Notes: generated by a model not told the origin, from the letters alone. A stretch of 64,000 bases of DNA from Clostridia bacterium (GCA_017523615.1 JAFWWK010000007.1:5582-69581), one strand, 5' to 3'. Numbered from the stretch's first letter, positions 55,660-62,593 are shown. Numbers and translations are program-made.

Positions 55660-55691
55660 TGTCCGATATTGACATTTTCGGAAAAAATACC

Positions 55692-55720
55692 TTGGCAAAC
55701 GGGTTAGAGAATGCTAATAT
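55692..55720 (+). promoter_or_regulatory. sigmaA-type promoter (extended -10) for the AraC-like gene
   Basis: TTGGCA (55692-55697), 17 nt, TAATAT (55715-55720), preceded by TGc. Confidence 0.55.
55703..55718. promoter_or_regulatory. motif copy overlapping the -10 region (site 3)
   Basis: GTTAGAGAATGCTAAT. Confidence 0.4.
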
Positions 55721-55730
55721 AGTATATATA

Positions 55731-55746
55731 GTTAGATAAATCTAAT
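55731..55746. promoter_or_regulatory. motif copy just downstream of the predicted TSS (site 4)
   Basis: GTTAGATAAATCTAAT. Confidence 0.4.
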
Positions 55747-55762
55747 TGCTTGACATGGAAGG

Positions 55763-56149
55763 ATGAGAGGAGCATTGGATTTGAAGACAAAACAAAGCAG
55801 CACGATCGATCTGGTAAAAGCCGCCGAAGCCTATATGGAAGCACACAGCGCGGAAAAATTTTCCTTGAATGAAATGGCCGGTGCGCTGTTCGTCAACGGA
55901 AGCTATCTTCTTCGTACATTCAGGAAACATACGGGCATGACCCCGCTGCATTACCACCATCAGCTCCGATGCTCAAAAGCCAGGGAAATGTTGACGCATA
56001 CGGGTCAAAGCATATCGGAGATCGGGGAAGCCGTGGGTTTTGTTTCATCCTCGCATTTTTCCCATATTTTCAGAAACATTGTTGGCTGTTCGCCCAGCGA
56101 ATACCGCAGGATGCACTGCGGCACATCCGGAGAAGGGAACGGTCCATGA
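55763..56149 (+). CDS. AraC-family HTH-only transcriptional regulator (no sensor domain)
   Basis: 128 aa. FSLNEMAGALFVNGSYLLRTFRKHTGMTPLHYHHQLRCSKAREMLTHTGQSISEIGEAVGFVSSSHFSHIFRNIVGCSPSEYRR is a complete AraC double HTH preceded by only ~25 residues. The exact start is uncertain. Confidence 0.8.
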   Translation: MRGALDLKTKQSSTIDLVKAAEAYMEAHSAEKFSLNEMAGALFVNGSYLLRTFRKHTGMTPLHYHHQLRCSKAREMLTHTGQSISEIGEAVGFVSSSHFSHIFRNIVGCSPSEYRRMHCGTSGEGNGP

Positions 56150-56339
56150 AAAGCTCTCAGGACCGTTGCATTTACGCCATCCGAATACTGAAGGTTTTTC
56201 TTGCCTTCACCAGCGCTCAGTCATCATAATACGGAAATCGCACCGCCCGGCGCCTTTTCTCAGGATGCCGGTCCTCTCGAATACGATGCCCGGCAGGTTC
56301 CCGCAGGTATGCTCTTCGTTCTCACAGTTTTTCTTTTTT

Positions 56340-56363
56340 CGCCCTCATGGGCGCTTTCTTTTT
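56340..56363 (+). terminator. possible terminator
   Basis: CGCCC-tcat-GGGCG followed by CTTTCTTTTT. The stem is short and the element lies ~190 nt after the AraC-like stop. Confidence 0.3.
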
Positions 56364-56399
56364 CACGATCTGTTCAGCCGTTTTCAATTACGAGCCTCC

Positions 56400-56906
56400 T
56401 CATCGGATAATTGCGGTCAACAGCCCGACCAGCAGCGCAGGGATCAGCGCGAAGACGGCCCCCGGGAACAGCATACCCTTCACATGGAACCACTTCTGAT
56501 GATACGCCTTGTCCATATGCTCCGTGCCCTCCAGCCGGAACATGGGCAGGTTGGCGAACAGCACCCAGTCCAGGAAGAAAGTGTCATACACGCCGATCCA
56601 CGCCATCAGGCCAAAGGCCAGCAAGAAGCCCTGCCGGAAAGTTGCGGCACCCGCCATCAGCGCACAGCCAAGCAAGACAGCGGTGAAGAACAGCAGGCCG
56701 AGGCCCTTGGTCACCAGCACATTCCTCGAGCGGTAAGATACCTCTTTCCGTTCATGGGTCTTGAAGTATTCCTCCCGAATGTCCGGCGGATAATTATGGA
56801 TCGCTCCGGCACTGTATTTCGTCCCTCCGCGGTACGTGATTATTATGACAGCCGTAAAAAGGACCGCAAAAACAGCCATTTCGATCAGGATCACCATGGC
56901 GTTCAT
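56400..56906 (-). CDS. hypothetical 4-TM membrane protein
   Basis: 168 aa, last gene of the ZIP operon, with an 18-nt gap to the ZIP stop. No family recognised. Confidence 0.55.
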   Translation of the reverse strand: MNAMVILIEMAVFAVLFTAVIIITYRGGTKYSAGAIHNYPPDIREEYFKTHERKEVSYRSRNVLVTKGLGLLFFTAVLLGCALMAGAATFRQGFLLAFGLMAWIGVYDTFFLDWVLFANLPMFRLEGTEHMDKAYHQKWFHVKGMLFPGAVFALIPALLVGLLTAIIR

Positions 56907-56924
56907 CTCATTTTCCTCCCTTCA

Positions 56925-57704
56925 TCAGCCCAGCGTCACGTCCAGGACCATCATTACAACAAAACCCAGGGCAAAGGCTATCGTGCCGATGTTGGAATGT
57001 TTTCCCTCGGACATTTCGGGGATCAGTTCTTCTACCACCACATACATCATGGCCCCGGCGGCGAAGGCCAGGAAATAGGGCATCACCGGCGTTACAAGTC
57101 CGGCGGCCAGCAAGGTGACGACCGCGGCCGCCGGCTCCACAGCCCCGGAGAGTACGCCCATCCAAAAAGTTTTGCTTCTTGGCATGCCCTCCGCCATCAG
57201 CGGCATGGATACGATGGCCCCCTCCGGAAAGTTCTGTATGGCAATACCCAGGGCCAGCGCCATCGCTCCGGCCGCTGTAATGCCCGTATCTCCCGAAAGG
57301 AATCCTGCGTAGACCACGCCCACCGCCATGCCTTCGGGGATGTTATGGAGCGTGACCGCCAAAGTCAGTTTGGTGGTACGCTTGAAACCGCATCGCGGGC
57401 CTTCCTGCTGCCTGTCCAGGTGCATATGCGGAGTGACCATATCCAGCGCCAGCAGGAAGCCCACGCCGACCAGAAAGCCGATGGCGGCGGGCAGAAACGA
57501 AAGTGCGCCCAGATGAGCGCTGCTCTCCAGCGCAGGCTGCAGCAGGCTCCAGAAAGAGGCGGCCACCATGACGCCCGCCGCAAATCCGGTAAGCGCCTTC
57601 TGCACACCGGAGGAAAGCTGTTTTTTGAGGAAGAACACCATCGCCGATCCCAGGCTTGTGCCGAGGAAGGGGACCAGGATGCCCTCTGCGATCCGGATAT
57701 TCAT
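56925..57704 (-). CDS. ZIP family metal (Zn/Fe) transporter, ZupT-like
   Basis: 259 aa, 8 TM. Motifs LHNIPEGMAVG and IAIQNFPEGA. Confidence 0.9.
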   Translation of the reverse strand: MNIRIAEGILVPFLGTSLGSAMVFFLKKQLSSGVQKALTGFAAGVMVAASFWSLLQPALESSAHLGALSFLPAAIGFLVGVGFLLALDMVTPHMHLDRQQEGPRCGFKRTTKLTLAVTLHNIPEGMAVGVVYAGFLSGDTGITAAGAMALALGIAIQNFPEGAIVSMPLMAEGMPRSKTFWMGVLSGAVEPAAAVVTLLAAGLVTPVMPYFLAFAAGAMMYVVVEELIPEMSEGKHSNIGTIAFALGFVVMMVLDVTLG

Positions 57705-57716
57705 TTCTCTCCTCCT

Positions 57717-58583
57717 TTATGCGCGGCGTTTTTTTGAAAGGCGCACGTTCCTTGCCTTCACCTCGGTGTCGTCATCTTCCACATAACCGTCGTATGGCGC
57801 TTCCGGGTCGGTGTAACGCCGGGTAAAGGGCCTGCAGATCTCCTTCCGGTGCCGGAATACAAAATCCAGGTCGTCCGTCCAGCCGGTGTGGCCGGTGATC
57901 ACCGCGATGGGACGGTTTCTGGCCCGGATGTTTTTTTCCAGCTTTTCCAGGCTCCGCACAGCCAGCTTATTGCTCTCCGCCAGGGTGCTGATGAAGCTGT
58001 ATCCGCCGTCCGCACCGAACCAGAGCGTGTCCCCGGTGAACAGCCATGCGTCGTCCACCAGGTACACCATGTGGCCCCAGGTGTGGCCGGGGACCAGGAT
58101 ACACTCCACCTTGATATCCCCGATACGCAGGATCTGTCCGTCCTTTAAGAGTACTCGCCGGTTATCCGTCTCCACCCGGGGCAGCCTGTAGAATCCGTGG
58201 AACACTTTTCGCCTCTTTTCGCCGGTAAGGTAGCGGTTCTCGATCTCCCCGATGTACACTACGGCGTCCCTGAACAATTGCTCGCTGTCATTTTCCAGCG
58301 CACCGACGTGATCGGTATCCTGGTGGGTTATGAGAATATGTTTGATCGACGCCGGATCGATGTCAAGCCATCCCATCTTTTCCCTCAGCCGCGCGTAATT
58401 ATATCCCGCGTCGATCATGACGGTGGTGCCGTTCTTCGTGTAAAAGAAAATGTTGGCGACCCATTCCCGCACGCAGGCGACGCCGGTATCGATCCAGCCT
58501 GTGTTCAGGGGCTTGAAGATCGCCTTTCCCCGGAACAAGGCGCTCATGGATTTCTTCTGGTGATCCGAATCTTTTCTCGCCAT
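57717..58583 (-). CDS. MBL-fold metallo-hydrolase
   Basis: Start set at MARKDSDHQKK (RBS GGGGAGG). Motifs ILITHQDTDHVG, VPGHTWGH and ITGHTG. Confidence 0.8.
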   Translation of the reverse strand: MARKDSDHQKKSMSALFRGKAIFKPLNTGWIDTGVACVREWVANIFFYTKNGTTVMIDAGYNYARLREKMGWLDIDPASIKHILITHQDTDHVGALENDSEQLFRDAVVYIGEIENRYLTGEKRRKVFHGFYRLPRVETDNRRVLLKDGQILRIGDIKVECILVPGHTWGHMVYLVDDAWLFTGDTLWFGADGGYSFISTLAESNKLAVRSLEKLEKNIRARNRPIAVITGHTGWTDDLDFVFRHRKEICRPFTRRYTDPEAPYDGYVEDDDTEVKARNVRLSKKRRA

Positions 58584-58596
58584 GGTCTGCCTCCCC

Positions 58597-59277
58597 CTAT
58601 TTGACGCAGTGAAAACAGCCGATCCCCTCGACGTTTTCAACCGTGACGCTTGCATACATTCCCGAAAGACGCGTCCGAAGACTGTCCCCGGTCTCAAACG
58701 GCGGTGTGAAAAAGCCTTTTGGAACATACAGATGCCTGATCATCCAGTCCGTCCGTTTGCACACATCCCGGATGTAGAAGCATCCGCAGAACGTCCCGCC
58801 TTTTTTCAGCACCCGGAAGGTCTCCCGATAAGCGGCTTCCTTGTCCGGGAAAGCGTGAAAGCCGTTCAGAGAAAGCACGATGTCAAAGGATCCGTCCGCA
58901 AAGGGCAGCGCACCCACATCCCCCCGCATGAATCGGACGTTCCCGATCCCAAGCGACTCCGCCCGTTTCACTGCGGTATTCATCATATCAGGCGAGTAAT
59001 CCACGCAGGTGATATCGGCGTCCGGAAGATCCCGGTAAACCGGCATGGTCAGTACGCCCGTCCCTACCGGCACCTCCAGCAGCTTTCCGCCGAAGTTTTC
59101 CGGAACGCCCGAAAGGGCTTTCTCCAGGTAAGCCAGGTTCTTTTCCCCGTCCATGTTCCACACCAGACGGCATACGGCTTTCCCGGGCAGGGTGGAATGC
59201 GTCATCATGCCGTCATAGAAACCGGCGTTGCAGCCGGTCAGCCGGTAGGCGCTTTTGATCTGGTCTCGGCGCGTCAT
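58597..59277 (-). CDS. class I SAM-dependent methyltransferase
   Basis: Start set at MTRRDQIKSAY (AGGAGG 6 nt upstream). Motif I LLEVPVGTGVLT, then DIVLSLNGFHAF. Confidence 0.85.
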   Translation of the reverse strand: MTRRDQIKSAYRLTGCNAGFYDGMMTHSTLPGKAVCRLVWNMDGEKNLAYLEKALSGVPENFGGKLLEVPVGTGVLTMPVYRDLPDADITCVDYSPDMMNTAVKRAESLGIGNVRFMRGDVGALPFADGSFDIVLSLNGFHAFPDKEAAYRETFRVLKKGGTFCGCFYIRDVCKRTDWMIRHLYVPKGFFTPPFETGDSLRTRLSGMYASVTVENVEGIGCFHCVK

Positions 59278-59290
59278 AACAGTCCTCCTT

Positions 59291-59440
59291 TCAAACAGAT
59301 GTTTCCTTAAACTCGCCGATGGCTTTCGCACCTTCGTCAAAATTGCGAAGCGATATCGGCATATTCGAATGCTGCATTGTCATTCGGTTGAAGACTTTGC
59401 TAAGCGTGTCGTATACGCCGGCCACGCGACCCCAGAACAT
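59291..59440 (-). pseudogene. 49-codon ORF resembling only the N-terminus of a class I methyltransferase (remnant or small ORF)
   Basis: MFWGRVAGVYDTLSKVFNRMTMQHSNMPISLRNFDEGAKAIGEFKETSV. The FW..(V/I)AG(V/I)YD pattern is typical of UbiE-like methyltransferase N-termini. RBS AAGGGGA. Not in the supplied track because it is under 60 aa. Confidence 0.3.
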
Positions 59441-59505
59441 TTGCCATTCCCCTTTTTCAAACGAATCACATCCTGTTCAGGCCGTCTCCGGCAGCTGCGG
59501 TCATT

Positions 59506-59521
59506 GTTAGATAAGGCTAAC
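59506..59521. promoter_or_regulatory. palindromic operator candidate GTTAG-N6-CTAAC (site 5)
   Basis: GTTAGATAAGGCTAAC. Lies between the TetR terminator and the methyltransferase/MBL/ZIP operon. Confidence 0.4.
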
Positions 59522-59527
59522 TCAAAG

Positions 59528-59555
59528 TCGAAAGAGAAGCCGACTCATCGTCGGC
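59528..59555 (-). terminator. rho-independent terminator after the TetR gene
   Basis: Minus strand: GCCGAC-gatga-GTCGGC followed by TTCTCTTT. Confidence 0.5.
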
Positions 59556-59558
59556 AGT

Positions 59559-60218
59559 TTATCGCAGGTTTCCGTACCTTTCCTTCATATGGGACGGAAG
59601 CGGGATGCGCAGCGCATAGGCAAAACCCGCTGTATAGAAATCGTGCAGTTCCTTGACGCACTCCCTTGCCGTCTCGATGGGCACGTCGTGGATGATCAGC
59701 TCGAACAGTCCCTGGAACATCCCGCTGGTCACGATGTGTTCCAGTTCGGGCTGCATTGTCTCCTGCGCGACACCGCGGGAGGCGACACTCCGGACGAAGC
59801 GGCGGTTAGCTTCGATCTCGCGTTCGGTCAGCTCATGCAGCATATTGGCGTAAGGTGTTCCGTCCGCACCCTGCAGAAGGATCAGGAATTCCGTTTTGTG
59901 GGCGCTCATGTATTCGAGCATCTGGGACATGCATTCCCTGCCGATGTCGCCCATGTGGTCCCTCCGGACTTCCTTTGGCATTTCCCAAAGGCCGTCCGTC
60001 TTTTCCTGATACATCCGCAGCAGATGATCGTAGTGCGGACCCACCAGTGCGCTGAACAGCTCCTCCTTGGTCCTGTAATACCAGTAGAAGGAGCCGGTCG
60101 TCACCCCCGCTTCCTTCACGATCGTGCGCAGGGAAGCGTCACGATAGCCCTTCCGGAGAAACTCGGCCAAAGCGGCCCGATGGATCCTCTCCCTGGTCTC
60201 GTCCCCTTTGCCCGGCAT
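59559..60218 (-). CDS. TetR/AcrR family transcriptional regulator
   Basis: RIHRAALAEFLRKGYRDASLRTIVKEAGVTTGSFYWYYRTKEELF, the canonical TetR HTH. RBS GGGAGGAG. Confidence 0.9.
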   Translation of the reverse strand: MPGKGDETRERIHRAALAEFLRKGYRDASLRTIVKEAGVTTGSFYWYYRTKEELFSALVGPHYDHLLRMYQEKTDGLWEMPKEVRRDHMGDIGRECMSQMLEYMSAHKTEFLILLQGADGTPYANMLHELTEREIEANRRFVRSVASRGVAQETMQPELEHIVTSGMFQGLFELIIHDVPIETARECVKELHDFYTAGFAYALRIPLPSHMKERYGNLR

Positions 60219-60275
60219 CCGGCGCCTCCTCCCGCATCAGATCGAGACCAATTCTATAACACTGTTATAGTTTTG

Positions 60276-60941
60276 TCAAGGTCCATTTTCCCATCCTTGC
60301 CAGCTCCCGCGGGCACAGTCCTTCAGGGTCGCCGCCCGGTCCTCAACGCTTTTTTGAAACTGTTCGTCCGTCATGGACGGATCCCGTGTCGCCTGCCATA
60401 TATTGCAGGGAAGGTTGTCACAGGAAGCGCACGTGGCCAGCCGGTACCTGCCGGCGCAGCAAGCATAGATCGGGCAGGGCTTTCCGCCGGGCACATGAAA
60501 CACTTTCCCGCACGATTCATTGCAGCCTTTGCACATGCCGCTCCAAAGGGCGCAGGCAGAGCAATCCGTTCCGCAGACGGAAATGCCGAGGAACTCCCGC
60601 TGTTTCTGTTTGCCAAAACCCGCCAGGACCAGCCGGTAAGAGCTGTCCAGCCAGCTTTTCAAAACATCGTCCGGGACATCCCCGTCCGTTTTCACGGAAT
60701 TCCAGTGCCGTTTGTTGCTGTAATATCCGGGAACGATATCAGGATATTGCCTGCGCGCCGTCTCCCCTTCCAGCGGGTCCAGTTTCAGGTTGATATAGTA
60801 CGGCCGGTCCCGGTCGTCCAGGAGGATGGCGGCAAACATCTTTCCGCCGATATGGTACCGTATCCAGTTCCACTCCGCCTGCAGGTCCCTGGTCACGCCG
60901 CGTTTTGACATCAGGTATCCGTCGATCCAGGAATATCTCAT
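60276..60941 (-). CDS. MmcQ/YjbR-family domain fused to a Cys-rich DUF3795-like domain
   Basis: The N-terminal ~120 aa are YjbR-like (IGGKMFAAILLD...YINLKLDP...YYSNKRHWNSV). The C-terminal part is CGTDCSACALWSGMCKGCNESCGK...CPIYACC...CASCDNLPC. Confidence 0.75.
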   Translation of the reverse strand: MRYSWIDGYLMSKRGVTRDLQAEWNWIRYHIGGKMFAAILLDDRDRPYYINLKLDPLEGETARRQYPDIVPGYYSNKRHWNSVKTDGDVPDDVLKSWLDSSYRLVLAGFGKQKQREFLGISVCGTDCSACALWSGMCKGCNESCGKVFHVPGGKPCPIYACCAGRYRLATCASCDNLPCNIWQATRDPSMTDEQFQKSVEDRAATLKDCARGSWQGWENGP

Positions 60942-61495
60942 AAGATGACCCTCATATACTTACCCTTCTCCCTTGTGAGGATGCCCTCGGAGATCATGTC
61001 CCGCCGCAGGGTGCAATAGTCCGGATGAAAACGTTCGATGATCCCGCTGATCTCTTTTTCGTCATATTCCTTGCCCGGCTCGATGCTTTCGGCGATCTTT
61101 TGCAGGATGATCAGCTTTTTTTTGCGTTGGACAGGAATGGCCTTCAGCCTATCCCCGTCAAAAAACGCGTCCAGCACCTTCCGGCGGTATGCGTCTTCCC
61201 TCTCCCGCGCGGCGTCCACCTCCTCCGGGGGATCTTCCCGGATCATCTCCGCGATCTGCGTCCGGAGAACGGATTCGTTCAGGGTGTAAACCGTGTAATA
61301 CTGTTCCTTGCAGGAGGTGACCAGGCCGGCCTCCTCCAGCTTCTTCATATGAAAGGAAAGGGTGGACGCGCTCAGGCCCAGCCGTTCGGCAAGCAATTCG
61401 CCGTAGGCCTCCCCACTGCGAAGGGCACATATGATATTCAGCCGCGACGCGTCCGAAAGGCATTTGAACACCCGGATGGCCGATTCCCTGTTCAT
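60938..61495 (-). CDS. ArsR-family HTH regulator fused to DUF2087
   Basis: FKCLSDASRLNIICALRSGEAYGELLAERLGLSASTLSFHMKKLEEAGLV is an ArsR wHTH. The C-terminal LKAIPVQRKKKLIILQKIAESIEPGKEYDEKEISGIIERFHPDYCTLRRDMI is DUF2087-like. Confidence 0.85.
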   Translation of the reverse strand: MNRESAIRVFKCLSDASRLNIICALRSGEAYGELLAERLGLSASTLSFHMKKLEEAGLVTSCKEQYYTVYTLNESVLRTQIAEMIREDPPEEVDAAREREDAYRRKVLDAFFDGDRLKAIPVQRKKKLIILQKIAESIEPGKEYDEKEISGIIERFHPDYCTLRRDMISEGILTREKGKYMRVIL

Positions 61496-61827
61496 TTTTC
61501 GCTCCTCACAGAAGCAAAGCGGGTGCGGACGTCCGCCAGCGCTTCCAGCTTCTCTTCCTCAACGCAGATCTTGCGGGCGTTGTCCTGCGTCTTTGCGGCC
61601 TCGAGCGCAGCGCTCCATTCGTCCTGAAAGCGCGCGAATATCCCGTCGATCGCAGAAGGGGTGCCATTTTTCAGATGCGCGCGGCAGACAGTCGCGCAGA
61701 TGTCGTACACGTTTGCACGGACCGTGCGGAACACAGCCTCGTCGGCTTTGTTCTCAGCCCGCAGCTCTGCCGCCTGCCGGTTCAGCGCGGCGTTTTCCGC
61801 TTTCAGCGCTTCGATAAATTCTTCCAC
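61492..61827 (-). CDS. hypothetical helical protein (111 aa)
   Basis: GTG start with GGAGGA upstream. 4-nt overlap with the ArsR gene. Predicted all-helical, with no recognised family. Confidence 0.5.
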   Translation of the reverse strand: MEEFIEALKAENAALNRQAAELRAENKADEAVFRTVRANVYDICATVCRAHLKNGTPSAIDGIFARFQDEWSAALEAAKTQDNARKICVEEEKLEALADVRTRFASVRSEK

Positions 61828-61851
61828 TGCTTTCTTCCTCCAGCAAAAATA

Positions 61852-61869
61852 ATTCGATGATCATCGAAT
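61852..61869. promoter_or_regulatory. perfect 18-bp palindrome over the predicted TSS (operator candidate)
   Basis: ATTCGATGATCATCGAAT. Confidence 0.5.
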
Positions 61870-61871
61870 CA

Positions 61872-61900
61872 AATATACCACAACGTCCGATCGCTGTCAA
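61872..61900 (-). promoter_or_regulatory. sigmaA-type promoter for the hypothetical / ArsR-DUF2087 / YjbR operon
   Basis: Minus strand: TTGACA (61900-61895), 17 nt, TATATT (61877-61872). Confidence 0.6.
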
Positions 61901-61907
61901 TATTCAT

Positions 61908-61923
61908 TTCGATAAATATCGAA
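61908..61923. promoter_or_regulatory. second palindrome with the same half-sites, just upstream of the -35
   Basis: TTCGATAAATATCGAA (7-2-7). Confidence 0.5.
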
Positions 61924-62004
61924 TTATTTTTGGACAGGAAGCCCCGGACCCGACCCCGGAATTTCCTTTTTCGGAGGCCCTCCTTTTTTGTACATCCTTT
62001 TCCG

Positions 62005-62209
62005 GGAACCGATCTCGATCAGGTTCCCCTCTGGGGCGCCGATATATCATCACCGGTGCCCCCATAGCTCGGTCTCCGGCTCCGGCACAGCGCCATGGTC
62101 GACGGCATCCCCAAACGCTTTTGTCCGCTTCCTCAAAGGCACCCACATGGAGCGCGATATCCGCTTGGCCATTGAGCACCCTGGCATACCTGTACCGACG
62201 GAGCGTCAT
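62005..62209 (-). pseudogene. degraded VOC/glyoxalase-family remnant (frameshift plus tandem in-frame TGA TGA)
   Basis: The ATG overlaps the TfoX stop (ATGA). The first frame gives MTLRRYRYARVLNGQADIALHVGAFEEADK. After a 1-nt shift at an A4 run, the second frame gives AFGDAVDHGAVPEPETELWGHR-TGA-TGA-YIGAPEGNLIEIGS. The WG.R..(Y/F)..DP.GN.IE pattern is the typical VOC C-terminal strand motif. Confidence 0.4.
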
Positions 62210-62526
62210 CTTTTCAATTTCTTTTTCGGCGCGGGGAGCTCGTCGGTCATCGCGCTGATCAGTTCGGCCAGGAACTCCCGGTTGTCCACGTTGTCCACCA
62301 GCAGCATTTCCTTCGCGCCTTCATACGGAAGCTCTCGTTCCGCCCCCGGCATCATCCTCTGGGCAGATTTTGTGGGCTTTACCAGAAAGCGGTCGTCATA
62401 GATGCCGCCGATGATCCTGCCGCGGCAGTACAGGATATACTCCCCCATCATCGCTTTCCAGGTGATGTCCTCCAGGCCCGACAGCTGCTCCAGGATAAAG
62501 TCAAGGTATCCCCTGTCCGAAGCCAC
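62206..62526 (-). CDS. TfoX/Sxy N-terminal-domain family protein
   Basis: Start set at the GTG at 62526 (GGAGGG 7 nt upstream), so it does not overlap the upstream TetR gene. Motifs LDFILEQLSGLEDITWKAMMGEYILYCRGRIIGGIYDDRFLVK. Confidence 0.75.
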   Translation of the reverse strand: MASDRGYLDFILEQLSGLEDITWKAMMGEYILYCRGRIIGGIYDDRFLVKPTKSAQRMMPGAERELPYEGAKEMLLVDNVDNREFLAELISAMTDELPAPKKKLKR

Positions 62527-62593
62527 GTTCCGTCCCTCCGTTCGTTTTGTCCCGTATATATTTCTGTACCTACAGGGTCCCCTTCCCTGATCA

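Noticed and set aside
56040-57737. 565-aa plus-strand ORF. The same applies to other long antisense ORFs, e.g. 51217-52893, 37654-39348, 36421-37569, 10577-11716, 12548-13588, 16383-17354, 17421-18218, 47768-49021 and 59589-60908.
   Set aside because: These are shadow ORFs typical of GC-rich DNA. Their products are Arg/Gly/Pro/His-rich and low-complexity with no recognisable motifs. Each lies antisense to a gene with strong family signatures and a proper RBS.
62047-62052. Tandem TGA TGA as evidence for stop-codon reassignment or selenocysteine.
   Set aside because: TGA functions as a stop codon for many well-supported genes here, including several ATGA overlaps. The same remnant also carries a frameshift, so decay or assembly error is more parsimonious.
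61857-62401. Plus-strand ORFs of 133 and 137 aa across the TfoX 3' region.
   Set aside because: They are antisense to TfoX and the VOC remnant. Their products are Ser/Arg/Pro-rich, and there is no RBS.
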